A stretch of DNA of 64,000 nucleotides from a virus (lineage: Duplodnaviria; Caudoviricetes): IMG/VR virus record IMGVR_UViG_3300009027_000005, positions 1,045 through 65,044 of that record; one strand, written 5' to 3'. Every line of letters begins with the position of its first letter. Position 1 is the first letter of the stretch. Positions 40,401-48,387 of the stretch are shown one piece after another. The notes under the pieces were generated by a model, which made no database searches, was not told the DNA's origin, and saw nothing but the letters and a program-made list of their open reading frames with translations. A program made the position numbers and the translations under genes.

Positions 40401-40610
40401 CCAGGAGAAACTATCTTTTCATTCATTGCAAATCCAGGAGAACGTGCAACAGTTGACTTTAGTGAATTAAAAGAATTAACAAATACTCCATTAGGTGGCA
40501 GAGGTACATATCCAAATGGCCCTGATGTACTTGCTATTAATTTGTATAAAGTTAGCGGTGCAGCAATTGATGCAAACGTAATTCTTAAATGGGGTGAAGC
40601 ACAAGCTTAA
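34476..40610 (+). CDS. Very large virion structural/tail protein (2044 aa)
   Basis: Thr/Ser/Gly-rich; DADFEYGLQPTKW and RQSKKYIRYQSGKG blocks; cupredoxin-like domain; internal repeats. Confidence 0.75.
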   Translation: MAKTQIQDYIFHPGLGANDNLYPNAYSLVESNKLFIQKEATAWIQSQIDAAEPDFIGYTYNSAKCERDIGYNIDAYLADLRYGGNENTYNVVKYYWDQDVAQIDGNRAVEVATYGFIKDLIQIYILPNASYTPINLEVTQTIDVSKTAESGTSSILGTLIDATADVIETGLSEFPTFEESGQGFIKMQGKHDIANILLITNATDSKIIFNFSSIDTGGNVELISTTDSDFVTFKQTVDYVSKLYLNYDTSSMSSTDELIIFTEYTENGQSVTTTRPYNFGTDAIERNRVAPPLSMLDADFEYGLQPTKWAAIGTLRGYPSIYEVPGTDTPVLSVTTNASSVNTYIFTATNNGTSDWVLTGEDRNGTITAVNDPAIYIVEGDTLQFVNNASNSHPFYIKTAAGTGTGNQVEGVIDQGGSGGTVIEWTPPTGSAGTYYYQCSSHAGMVGEIIVQTNTEGAGSGQSLITVTTVGAHGFETGTPITIKALEDSVTGASRAEGSFVIYSVPDTNQLTYFAKAQVGDTNGEVLSTTYTQLRQAGFYTGADIGNPIFTVVTNGSGGNIFTELTTPSGSTNIPYDGPAPAVAAPVSGTGIDPGTQVTGTIDQSEGGGVYLTPVVVGDYTTGASTITVFDATGIIDDLATDNGSGTATYVESVAGNDISFTTAFTSAIIGNRTTYNNVSGDNIVGTGTNAEFTISKADGIYTIDSIDAAGSDYIIGDRFLISGTDLSGITPDNDLLITVQTVDADGGIATVTSSGEAFDGAYVTESISPDVEGGDGVDALFDVAYSSNTFSTVTLNTSVSTSSGYIEGDRLKISGAILSPVGVDGTNDLIIDVLTVDAGTGEILTFNFSGTAPNAENTYVAATYTSTTVAGTGAVFDVTKTGTVYSAVETSGATADYVIGETFTVSGSDVGGSPSTNDVTITIDNVDGSGAITAFSVSGVASNSDSLTLQGGTNLVGTGAEFEIEQFADSTSYDVLLLNGGSDYAANQEFIILGSTFFGDDVTNDLTITIDSVDAAGAITAISVSGTSTDGSSVHSGLTPPLDSVEGAGATFNVLRADSGYTTTVASGGSGYKAGNSLTISAADLGGVDPDHNLTIRIDSVSGGAISTFTQVYTSAYEGDIFDLISTVQISEPTTAEIPAATNLPYTALATLEAEFDNAHGLVPGDTFIVTISSDSGTNQHEIASGSFFASDVPTSNTLRWQARSAGFIDDDGDITGAIYPGPDSFFIHRPYDGGVQLGTGGPQHGAQAIRQSKKYIRYQSGKGIMYTTGALFAPSYDLRSVTASDVEVGALITIETDDNDHGVQEGGIIRLLGIETPGYNSGDETAVPPRFDYEVVNVIDERTFQVRAQRRLGATSAVLGFAAQMTVVSWHGATVRSGIFDDQNGIFWEYDGTNLSVVQRTGTKQVAGTIAMDIDDNLITGTNTRFRDQLTAGDRVIIKGMTHVVSHVISQTEMTVTPDWRGVVDISGTKMLLISDKKVKQEDFNLDRLDGTGPSGYNLDTGKMQMIGIQYSWYGAGFIDFMLRGSDGNFVFCHRMRNSNVNTEAFMRSGNLPVRYEVTNEGPPGKLAAAMTDSQDTISLVDSSFFPDSGVVYIDNEIISFTGNNKTTNTLTGCTRADTFRNFQAGAQRQYTAGAAATHDDRTGVILISCTITPLISHWGSAFLTDGGFDEDRGYIFSYAETGLEVSTTPATAFMIRLSPSVSNALVGDLGERELLNRAQLLLQSLEVTSDTGTGGIVVEGVLNPQNYPTNPSFVDWSTLSSQAQGGQPSFAQIASSGAITWSTDSASTVVNPQSAAFPSASVTLDPYPYDNLSLDSGWDRIYILSTTWNANYTDIRENDKISGTGIASGTEVDKIRTNQWIDGQRYTVITMSNDATQNVSGQTTVTFTREYRTSSTSVMYFDKTSWDTSGVVAGTTTTDPNFAANTQVSGVSLDSYLGTQYYEVKFSNSYNATINPGVTTVEFTFIEPVYALPGETIFSFIANPGERATVDFSELKELTNTPLGGRGTYPNGPDVLAINLYKVSGAAIDANVILKWGEAQA
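36530..37810 (+). repeat. Five diverged ~90-aa protein repeats
   Basis: G.gA.F.v......Y...G..Y..G....IsG...g....NDl.iti..Vd..G.I recurs five times. Confidence 0.7.
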
Positions 40611-41224
40611 TGTGCTTCTAACCAATCTACAAAAGCAGCTAAGTTATCAAAAATCTTAGTTGCTTTTTTTATTTTTTGGTAAGTAAATCTTTTAGAGATA
40701 AGTTCTTCAGTTTCAATGCCATAACCTGTACGGACTAGTATAGGCTTTGCTCCTACTTTCATTGCTGCTTTTAGATCACTAATTTTGTCACCTATAAAAA
40801 ATCCTTTAGAAAACTTAATTGTAGGATTTTCTCGTTCACATCTTTTAAACATACCTGTATTAGGTTTTGCAAATTCATCATCTTTACGACTGCTTGCACT
40901 ATAATAAATTGCATCGATACTAGGACATCCTGCTTCCCCTAACATTTCAAACATACGAAAGTGTACACTTTCTACATCTTCCATAGTCATAATACCTTTT
41001 TCAATGCCGCCTTGATTTGTTATAATAGCAATTTTATGACCTAATGCTCGCAATCTTGCCATTGCTTCTAAACTGCCAGGTATAGGTTCAAAATCATTAG
41101 GATCTGTTACATATGTTCCTAAGTCTTTATTAATTACACCATCTCTATCAATTCCTATCACACACTTTGTATAATTTTCTGTAGGTAAAAGTTGTGGAGT
41201 TTGATTGATATATCTATTAGCCAT
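40607..41224 (-). CDS. gmhB: D-glycero-D-manno-heptose 1,7-bisphosphate phosphatase
   Basis: IDRDGVIN, ITNQGGI, KPNTGM and IGDKISD HAD motifs; in operon with hldD and hldE. Confidence 0.85.
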   Translation of the reverse strand: MANRYINQTPQLLPTENYTKCVIGIDRDGVINKDLGTYVTDPNDFEPIPGSLEAMARLRALGHKIAIITNQGGIEKGIMTMEDVESVHFRMFEMLGEAGCPSIDAIYYSASSRKDDEFAKPNTGMFKRCERENPTIKFSKGFFIGDKISDLKAAMKVGAKPILVRTGYGIETEELISKRFTYQKIKKATKIFDNLAAFVDWLEAH

Positions 41225-41603
41225 TTTGACTATCGCCTGGTGAAACTCTGTAATTGTCTTCTACTGAATCTGGCGTACTAACTTCGGTAACACTTGAACC
41301 AGCTTCTAAACATACAAGCTGATGAGGTTGTAGTGGAGGATTATGCCAAACATCTCCCTCTTTAAGTTCTTTTTCATACATTGTAGCATCTTTTGTATCA
41401 ATCCATTTGACCATAAATTTGCCATTATTAACAAACCAAGTTTCATCTTTTTCACTATGAAAATGCATACTAAACTTAGAACCAGGGCGTTCAAATACCA
41501 TAATTTTACCACAGTACTTGTCGTTAGTTGCCCAAATTAATTCATATCCCCATCCTTTTTTTACAAACCCTTCTAGTCTTGTAGATTGTTCATTCTGCTG
41601 CAT
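41217..41603 (-). CDS. Cupin, sugar-phosphate-isomerase-like
   Basis: KGWGYE...SMHFHSEKDETW...PH...EVST cupin metal motif. Confidence 0.75.
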   Translation of the reverse strand: MQQNEQSTRLEGFVKKGWGYELIWATNDKYCGKIMVFERPGSKFSMHFHSEKDETWFVNNGKFMVKWIDTKDATMYEKELKEGDVWHNPPLQPHQLVCLEAGSSVTEVSTPDSVEDNYRVSPGDSQNG

Positions 41604-42420
41604 TAATATAATCCTCTATTTTTGTCCATTGCATGTCTATAGTATTGTTTAGCTTTGTTAGATCTGCACAAGTAAATTCTTGGTATTGTCCTTTTAAATT
41701 TTCTGGCATTGGTATTAGGTTAATTTTAGCATTATATTTGTTAGCAATAGTATTAGCAACGGTAGAAAAACTTATGCTACGACCTGTACCTACATTCCAT
41801 ATTCCTGACTCATTAATATCAAACATTTTTTCGTGTAATTTGCATATATCTTCTACACAAACAAAATCTCGTCTATATTTTTCACTATTTTCAAAAAGCG
41901 AAACAAATCCATCTTCTTTTGCTTGTTTGGTAAACTTTGTAAAAGGACTTGCCATATTACCTTTTTGTTCTTCGTTATATTGTCCATAAACATTAAAATA
42001 ACGGAATCCTTGTATTGTAATATCAAATTCATCTTTGTATTGGTTTACAAATCTGTCAAACAAATATTTTGACCAAGCATATGGTGATTGCGGTAATAAA
42101 GGACCGTCTTCTCTAAAGTGTGTAGGTTTATATCCACCATATACACTTGCACTAGAAGCATATTGAAAGTTAACACCAAAGTGACCACAAGCTTGTAAAA
42201 GTCGTGTACTCATCTCAAGATTTTGTTCTAGTATAAGATCTACATTTATTTCCGTAGTAGAACTGTTTGCACCTAGGTGCACAACCCAGTCATAACCTTC
42301 AGGATCAGGAATAGCATTAGGTACATAATCCCATCCTTCTACTTCGTGTCCTTGCGACTGCAAATATTGTGCAACGTTTGAACCAATAAATCCTTTGTAT
42401 CCTGTTACTAATATTTTCAT
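41590..42420 (-). CDS. hldD: ADP-L-glycero-D-manno-heptose 6-epimerase
   Basis: VTGYKGFIGSN, YASSASVYG, YAWSK, FRYFNVYG, YQEFTCADL. Confidence 0.88.
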   Translation of the reverse strand: MKILVTGYKGFIGSNVAQYLQSQGHEVEGWDYVPNAIPDPEGYDWVVHLGANSSTTEINVDLILEQNLEMSTRLLQACGHFGVNFQYASSASVYGGYKPTHFREDGPLLPQSPYAWSKYLFDRFVNQYKDEFDITIQGFRYFNVYGQYNEEQKGNMASPFTKFTKQAKEDGFVSLFENSEKYRRDFVCVEDICKLHEKMFDINESGIWNVGTGRSISFSTVANTIANKYNAKINLIPMPENLKGQYQEFTCADLTKLNNTIDMQWTKIEDYINAAE

Positions 42421-43556
42421 TTGCTCTTCTCTATAATACTTGTTGTACTAAAACCTTTTACTGTAGGAATAATTTTTACAGGCACAATATCGTGCCCAAC
42501 TACTTGTTCTACAGTGTAATCTCCACCCTTAACAATCATATCAGGATTTAGTTTTTTAATTAATTCGTATGGTGTATCTTCATCAAACACAACAACTTCG
42601 TCTACCCAAGACAATATTTCTAATTGTTCTTTGCGTGTTTGTTCTGTGTTTATAGGACGACTATCTCCTTTGAGACGTTTTGTACTAGCATCACTGTTAA
42701 TACCAACTACTAGTTTTTCACCTAGTTCACGTGCTTGTTTTAACAGTGTAAAATGTCCCCTATGTAGTATGTCAAATACACCATTTGTAAATATTGTGCG
42801 ATACTGCAAATCTTCAGGTTTAACTACATATGTGCCAGTGTGTTTGACTGATTCTGTTGCACCTTTGACTGCTAATTTAAGACAGTCTTCATAGTTTTTA
42901 CCTTGACTCATACCGTAAACAAATGTAGCAAGAAAACAATCACCTGCTCCTGTAACATCGTTTACTTCTACAGGATCTGTTTTTATAGTATAATATTCAC
43001 TATCAATTTGTGCTATAGTAGGATCACCAGCCGCAGTAATAATTATATTACCAGTCCAATTTGTAAAACCTAATTCTTCAAACTCTTTACGATTAGGTTT
43101 AACTAACCAAGCACCTTGATAAAAATTAAAATGGCGTTTAGGATCTACAATAATTTTACAATTGTATTTGTTGATGTGTTCTATAATTTGTTGTGAGTAT
43201 TCTAGCACACCTTTATTGTAATCACTTAGTATTACAACATCATAAGCTGAAAAGTCTTTTTCGTAAATTTTATTAAGTGCTGTAGTGCCGTCTGTTTTGT
43301 AATCTTGATCTATACGTGTAACATAATGTCCGTCACACAATACACGAGTCTTTATACACTTGGGCGATGATAAATCTAACATTTCTACATCCACACTTAA
43401 ATTCAATAGATTAAGATATACAAGGTGTGCCCCGCCCCATTGTTCCCAACTGTCTTGCTGACTAACAACAGGCACAGGAGCCTCAGGACTCAACCGTGTT
43501 GATGTTCCTGTGATATATTTGTCAATAATAATATCGCCAATAACTAAGACTTTCAT
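42417..43556 (-). CDS. hldE: Bifunctional heptose 7-phosphate kinase / heptose 1-phosphate adenylyltransferase
   Basis: RLSPEAPVPVV, SDYNKG and DVTGAGD (PfkB kinase) plus TNGVFDILHRGH, RLKGDSRPIN and KGGDY (nucleotidyltransferase). Confidence 0.93.
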   Translation of the reverse strand: MKVLVIGDIIIDKYITGTSTRLSPEAPVPVVSQQDSWEQWGGAHLVYLNLLNLSVDVEMLDLSSPKCIKTRVLCDGHYVTRIDQDYKTDGTTALNKIYEKDFSAYDVVILSDYNKGVLEYSQQIIEHINKYNCKIIVDPKRHFNFYQGAWLVKPNRKEFEELGFTNWTGNIIITAAGDPTIAQIDSEYYTIKTDPVEVNDVTGAGDCFLATFVYGMSQGKNYEDCLKLAVKGATESVKHTGTYVVKPEDLQYRTIFTNGVFDILHRGHFTLLKQARELGEKLVVGINSDASTKRLKGDSRPINTEQTRKEQLEILSWVDEVVVFDEDTPYELIKKLNPDMIVKGGDYTVEQVVGHDIVPVKIIPTVKGFSTTSIIEKSK

Positions 43557-43561
43557 ACTTT

Positions 43562-43590
43562 ATTATACTTTATTTTATATTATGTGTCAA
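43562..43590 (-). promoter_or_regulatory. Consensus sigma70 promoter of the heptose operon
   Basis: Minus-strand TTGACA-17 nt-TATAAT ending 5 nt before the hldE ATG. Confidence 0.8.
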
Positions 43591-44017
43591 GTAAATTAAT
43601 AGTTTGAAACACAGTTTCTAACTTAGACAAATTTATCTTGCTTTGAAGTGTGTTGCGTAAACCATGATGCAATGGCTTTGGCCATTTAGTAAAACTACAC
43701 CAAGCGTAACCGTCGTGTTCACTATTAAGTTTTGGGATAAATTCTTCTTTCACTACACAAAGATATGTGTGAAAATAAAAAAGATTGTCAGATGAGATAA
43801 AACTTTCTAATGGAAGTGTTTTTTTAATATCAGGAAGAAACCCTATCTCTTCCTCAATTTCTCTACGTAACCCTTCCCATGGAGTTTCGGTACCTTCATT
43901 GGTTCCGCCTACAAGTCCCCATAAATTAGCACGTTTGCCTTGTGTTCTATGTAGAAATAAAAATCTGTTTGTATCTAGTGTATAAAAAAGTGCGCCACTA
44001 CATGTAATCTTTGTCAT
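43580..44017 (-). CDS. Nudix hydrolase
   Basis: Nudix box GGTNEGTETPWEGLRREIEEEIG. Confidence 0.9.
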   Translation of the reverse strand: MTKITCSGALFYTLDTNRFLFLHRTQGKRANLWGLVGGTNEGTETPWEGLRREIEEEIGFLPDIKKTLPLESFISSDNLFYFHTYLCVVKEEFIPKLNSEHDGYAWCSFTKWPKPLHHGLRNTLQSKINLSKLETVFQTINLLDT

Positions 44018-44025
44018 ACAAGTAA

Positions 44026-45435
44026 TTAGCCTGCTAGATCAATTCTCCATGTACCGATTGGATAATCGCCGTCCATACTTAATAACCATTCGCCGTTTTT
44101 ATAACGATATTGAACACTTGTATTTAAATTTGTAGTGTAAGTAGTTGTAGAAGTTTCACTTGCATCAAAAACTATATTCCATTTAGAACCATCCCATTCT
44201 ATAATATCATTTATATCTGCAACTAAATTTGTATTATCTGCATTTTTCCATGCACTAGGACCTTCACCTGTTGTTTTATCACCAACTGCTTCTAGTAGCA
44301 ACAACCGTAGGCCGTTTGTTTTTATATCACCAGGGTTAAATCCTGTAGGATTAATAATATAATCTATTGTAGTTCTACCATCTATAATTGTATCAGACGG
44401 AAAACTATCCGTGTCAAAATTAATTTCAATCTTTGTTTCGTCAAATGGATTTATTGCAAAAGTTCCTGTTATTGTATTACTATTTTCTGAATTAGTTAAG
44501 TATATTCTACTAACATCAGTTTGATACGTACCAGGAAATGCTTCAAATATTTCTTGCCAATTTCTTGCACCAACAATCCCGTTAGCATACAATTGCGCAC
44601 TGCCAGAACCGAGATATACTCCGTATTGCCTATAATTTACATTAGCCATTTCGTCTACAACAGAAGTTTGAGCTTTTCTATTATTATCATCGCCAGTCAT
44701 TCCGGGTAGAAAGTCGCTATATGCATTACTTACCGGACCACTAACTCCATCTTCGATTGTTCCTCTACTTTCGTCAAACATACTTGTAATAATGTTTGTT
44801 ATAACACCCATTTTCTTAACTTTAGTAGGAGGTGATATATAAATTGGAATAGTAAATGTTAACGTAGCAATATCGATTTCACTGTCAACGCCAATAGGTA
44901 CACTTCTATTTGACCATTGTACATTTTCTAAATTAACAACAGTAATACTTGTCCAATCAATAAAATTATCTGTAGTTTGCATTTCTAAACTAGGGTTAAA
45001 CAGTACAAGTATTTGTTCTAATATTTGTAATTTTTGATCTGTATTACTTGCCCAAATATCAGCATTAATACGCATGATATATGGAGTAGGAATTAAACGT
45101 TCTACAGTATAGTTTTTTCCTTGATAGTTAAGGTATTCTTGATTTTCTTCATCCCATGCACGTTCTCTAATGTTAACAGATCTTGTATAAGTAGCATCTG
45201 TTAATCGATCTCTGTCTAATTCTAAACCAGTTACGTATACTGCTATTCTAGGAGCACTTGGTAATTTATTTTCTGAGTTTTCTCTAATTATGTTTGCAAC
45301 TTGTCTTGTTAGATCACCGTAGGTAACTGGAACGTCTTTAGTATTGCCTTTTCCGTCTTTTACAGGAAAGTTACTCAAAATACGCATCATTTGAGTAGTG
45401 TATCTTCTTATTTGTCCGTCATAAAAATGTAACAT
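44026..45435 (-). CDS. Tail terminator/sheath stabiliser (T4 gp15-like)
   Basis: FYDGQIRRY, VPVTYG and QILEQILVLFNP motifs; position next to neck genes. Confidence 0.75.
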   Translation of the reverse strand: MLHFYDGQIRRYTTQMMRILSNFPVKDGKGNTKDVPVTYGDLTRQVANIIRENSENKLPSAPRIAVYVTGLELDRDRLTDATYTRSVNIRERAWDEENQEYLNYQGKNYTVERLIPTPYIMRINADIWASNTDQKLQILEQILVLFNPSLEMQTTDNFIDWTSITVVNLENVQWSNRSVPIGVDSEIDIATLTFTIPIYISPPTKVKKMGVITNIITSMFDESRGTIEDGVSGPVSNAYSDFLPGMTGDDNNRKAQTSVVDEMANVNYRQYGVYLGSGSAQLYANGIVGARNWQEIFEAFPGTYQTDVSRIYLTNSENSNTITGTFAINPFDETKIEINFDTDSFPSDTIIDGRTTIDYIINPTGFNPGDIKTNGLRLLLLEAVGDKTTGEGPSAWKNADNTNLVADINDIIEWDGSKWNIVFDASETSTTTYTTNLNTSVQYRYKNGEWLLSMDGDYPIGTWRIDLAG

Positions 45436-46598
45436 TATGAATTATCCGCTCTAGGTTTAAGAGCTTTAGAAAGGCTCTGTCTTTCTTCAACAACTTCGCC
45501 ATCAATTTCATTTGTATTTGTGTTGTTGATAAATTCTGTTTTATATGTTTGACGTTCTAATGTATTGCTTAGTGTCATTCTAATATCATCACTTACTTTG
45601 ACCCAACGATTACCGTCGTATCTAAACATTCTGTTTGGAAGAAAATCAGAACGTAAAAAATAATCTCCTTCTTGATTATCTATCGGGAAAGAAATTCCAA
45701 AACCAAACGGTGCACCATTTGGTGCAACATCTCCTGTACCTACAAGGTATCCTGTATATCCTTCTCTGTCTGGACGATCTGTGATTTCGTCTGCTCGGGT
45801 GTTAATATTTGATGCATCTAATTCTGTTTGATCAGCAGTTCTTAATGCAATACTGCCGTCATCATTTGTTGCAACTGTATAGTAATGACTTATATCGTAA
45901 CCTGATTTAGGTGCATCTGCTTCAGCTTGTGCAACAACAGCATTGTTAATTTGCATTTCTTTTTCATATGTACTTAAAATATCACGAAGTGTTTCGTTTG
46001 ATCCTTCTTCTGCAGGTAGATCTAATATTTCTGCATATTCTTGACCATCGTAAATTTGTTTTAGTTTTAAACGGTATAAATGCGGATACCAAGTTTGTGA
46101 AAAACCTTCTGCTGCACGATTAACATCCTCTACAACATAAAATCTTTTGAGTGCCATACTATAATCATTAAGAGCGTATTCGTCTTTTAAGTGAGGCAAT
46201 TCAATAACATCACCGCTCATAGGTTTACGTCCTAAAGTTTTAACAATGCTATTAATATGCACAGTCATAAACAATGTATCATTACTTAAAAATAAACCAA
46301 ATTGACTTAGATCAAAATCTATATCTTGAACGTTGTAAATACCTCTAGTTGTATAAACATCTGGATCGTATTTTCTATCTCTGTTTTCTAAAAATAATAA
46401 ATCTTGAATATTAGTTTCTTTTACTACATCGTATTCTGGTTGTGTAGCACTACGATCATCTTCTGATGGATTGTTAGGTCCTAGATATTTGTGTATGTTT
46501 ACATCAGTACCGCCAACCGTAAACATCTCTTGGATCTGTTTGTCCAAAAAGTGATAGTCATTGCCGCGTTCTGGTTTATATAATGATAGTCTTGGCAT
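45435..46598 (-). CDS. Neck/head-closure protein (T4 gp14-like)
   Basis: MPRLSLYKPE, DLLFLENRDRKYD, LSQFGLF and GDVIELPHL motifs; start placed 5 nt after TAAATA. Confidence 0.7.
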   Translation of the reverse strand: MPRLSLYKPERGNDYHFLDKQIQEMFTVGGTDVNIHKYLGPNNPSEDDRSATQPEYDVVKETNIQDLLFLENRDRKYDPDVYTTRGIYNVQDIDFDLSQFGLFLSNDTLFMTVHINSIVKTLGRKPMSGDVIELPHLKDEYALNDYSMALKRFYVVEDVNRAAEGFSQTWYPHLYRLKLKQIYDGQEYAEILDLPAEEGSNETLRDILSTYEKEMQINNAVVAQAEADAPKSGYDISHYYTVATNDDGSIALRTADQTELDASNINTRADEITDRPDREGYTGYLVGTGDVAPNGAPFGFGISFPIDNQEGDYFLRSDFLPNRMFRYDGNRWVKVSDDIRMTLSNTLERQTYKTEFINNTNTNEIDGEVVEERQSLSKALKPRADNS

Positions 46599-46643
46599 AT
46601 ACATATTTATCGTAAGCGATAAATACTGTACGGAGAAACTTAT

Positions 46644-47402
46644 ATGGCAGATTTAGCAACACAGAAACAAGAAATATTTGACTATGTAAATGCCTTCTTA
46701 GGAGGCGGCATGGTCGACGTTGAACTCGATCCTATACATTATCAAACTGCATTAACAAAAGCATTAACTCGTTTTAGACAACGTAGCGATAATAGTGTTG
46801 AAGAATCGTATATGTTTTTAACAACAGAAATTGATCAAAATGATTATGTACTGCCAAACGAAGTTATTGAAGTTCGTAAAATTTTTCGTAGATCAATTGG
46901 TTCACGCACAGGCGGCGGTAATGGCGGCTCATTGTTTGAACCATTCAATTTAGCATATACAAACACTTATCTACTTTCAAGTTCAAAAATGGGCGGACTA
47001 GCAACTTATGATTTGTTCTCGCAGCATCAAGAACTTGTCGGACGTATGTTTGGATCATTTATTGAATTTAAATGGAATACAACTAGTAAGAAACTTACTA
47101 TGCTACAACGACCAAGAGCAGAAGAAGAACTATTACTTTATTGCTATAATTATCGTCCTGATTCAGAATTGTTAAATGATTATCTAGCAGTACAGTGGAT
47201 TAAAGATTATACACTTGCAAGTTGTAAGTATATGTTAGGCGAAGCACGTTCAAAGTTTGCTACTATTGCAGGCCCTCAAGGTGGATCAACTCTTAACGGC
47301 GACACATTAAAAGCAGAAGCACAAGCCGAAATGGATAAACTTGAAGCTGAAGTTTCGTTGGCTGTTGCAGGCGGGACAGGATACGGATTTTTAATTGGTT
47401 GA
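46644..47402 (+). CDS. Neck/head-tail adaptor protein (T4 gp13-like)
   Basis: LGGGMVDVEL, WIKDYTLA..K..LG..RSKF, GPQGG..LNG. Confidence 0.8.
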   Translation: MADLATQKQEIFDYVNAFLGGGMVDVELDPIHYQTALTKALTRFRQRSDNSVEESYMFLTTEIDQNDYVLPNEVIEVRKIFRRSIGSRTGGGNGGSLFEPFNLAYTNTYLLSSSKMGGLATYDLFSQHQELVGRMFGSFIEFKWNTTSKKLTMLQRPRAEEELLLYCYNYRPDSELLNDYLAVQWIKDYTLASCKYMLGEARSKFATIAGPQGGSTLNGDTLKAEAQAEMDKLEAEVSLAVAGGTGYGFLIG

Positions 47403-47426
47403 CAAACTTTTTTAATCTGCTATAAT
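47399..47426 (+). promoter_or_regulatory. sigma70-type promoter
   Basis: TTGACA-16 nt-TATAAT with TGn extension. Confidence 0.75.
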
Positions 47427-47450
47427 ATATAGAAATAATAGGAGTTCTAT

Positions 47451-48011
47451 ATGTTACCTAAATTATTAGTTGTAGGACATGGCCGTCATGGCAAAGACAC
47501 TGTATGTGAAATGCTAGAGGCATATGGTTATACATTTGAATCTAGCTCTAAGTTCTGTTCTGAACTTTTTATCTATAACGATCTAAAAGACAAATATAAC
47601 TATTCAAGTGAAGAAGAATGCTATGCAGATAGACATAATCACCGTACTGAATGGTATAATATGATCCACGACTATTGTAAAGATGACTTAGCACGCCTTG
47701 GCCGTAACTTGTTTGCAAAGCATGATATTTACTGCGGATTGAGAAACAAGCGTGAGTTTTTTGCAATGCAAAATGAAAAGATATTTGATTATGCTATTTG
47801 GGTAGATCGTTGCGATCACTTACCTACTGAAGATCCTAGCTCAATGAGCATTGAACAGTGGATGTGTGATTATACGATTGATAACAATGGTGATCTAAAA
47901 CGACTACAAAAGAATGTTGATATTCTAATGCGTACTATGTTTAGAAATCTGGGCGTAAGTCTCCCTGTTTCCACCGCACTCCGGTTTTCTGCAGAATACG
48001 CTGACAGTTAG
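47451..48011 (+). CDS. P-loop kinase, dNMP kinase-like
   Basis: GHGRHGKDT Walker A; G.R...E and IDNNGDL motifs. Confidence 0.7.
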   Translation: MLPKLLVVGHGRHGKDTVCEMLEAYGYTFESSSKFCSELFIYNDLKDKYNYSSEEECYADRHNHRTEWYNMIHDYCKDDLARLGRNLFAKHDIYCGLRNKREFFAMQNEKIFDYAIWVDRCDHLPTEDPSSMSIEQWMCDYTIDNNGDLKRLQKNVDILMRTMFRNLGVSLPVSTALRFSAEYADS

Positions 48012-48276
48012 CACAAACTGTTTTTAGATTAGTAGGACGACAGTTGTTTAAATCACCGTCAATATGAAACACATTAAATTGTTCTTCATGGCTAGATCTA
48101 AATCCACATTTTTCACAAACGTTTTTCTTTTCATATCCTCTTTGCTTCCATTTAGGAATGCCATGATTTAAACCATACTTTAAACAAACCTCACATAGTT
48201 TGCGGTAGTATGTTTTACCATTTTTTTTATAGTTTATAGCGGCAGGACGCTGTCCGCACTTGCATAATGGTCTCAT
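47941..48276 (-). CDS. Zn-finger/HNH-like protein
   Basis: CKC, CEVC, CEKC, HIDGDLNN...NL..VCANC. Confidence 0.75.
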   Translation of the reverse strand: MRPLCKCGQRPAAINYKKNGKTYYRKLCEVCLKYGLNHGIPKWKQRGYEKKNVCEKCGFRSSHEEQFNVFHIDGDLNNCRPTNLKTVCANCQRILQKTGVRWKQGDLRPDF

Positions 48277-48387
48277 ATTGTATTTACCTCACCTTTTTCG
48301 TCCCTTTTTTGAAGCTATATGCGGCATGATTTTCAATATTATTGGTAAATACTTGTAGAGAACACTATCCAATAGGAGAATAAGAAA

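Noticed and set aside
40607-43556. Bacterial LPS locus or chimeric host contig
   Set aside because: The operon overlaps phage genes at both ends (shared TTAA stop; promoter within the Nudix 3' end) and has similar composition
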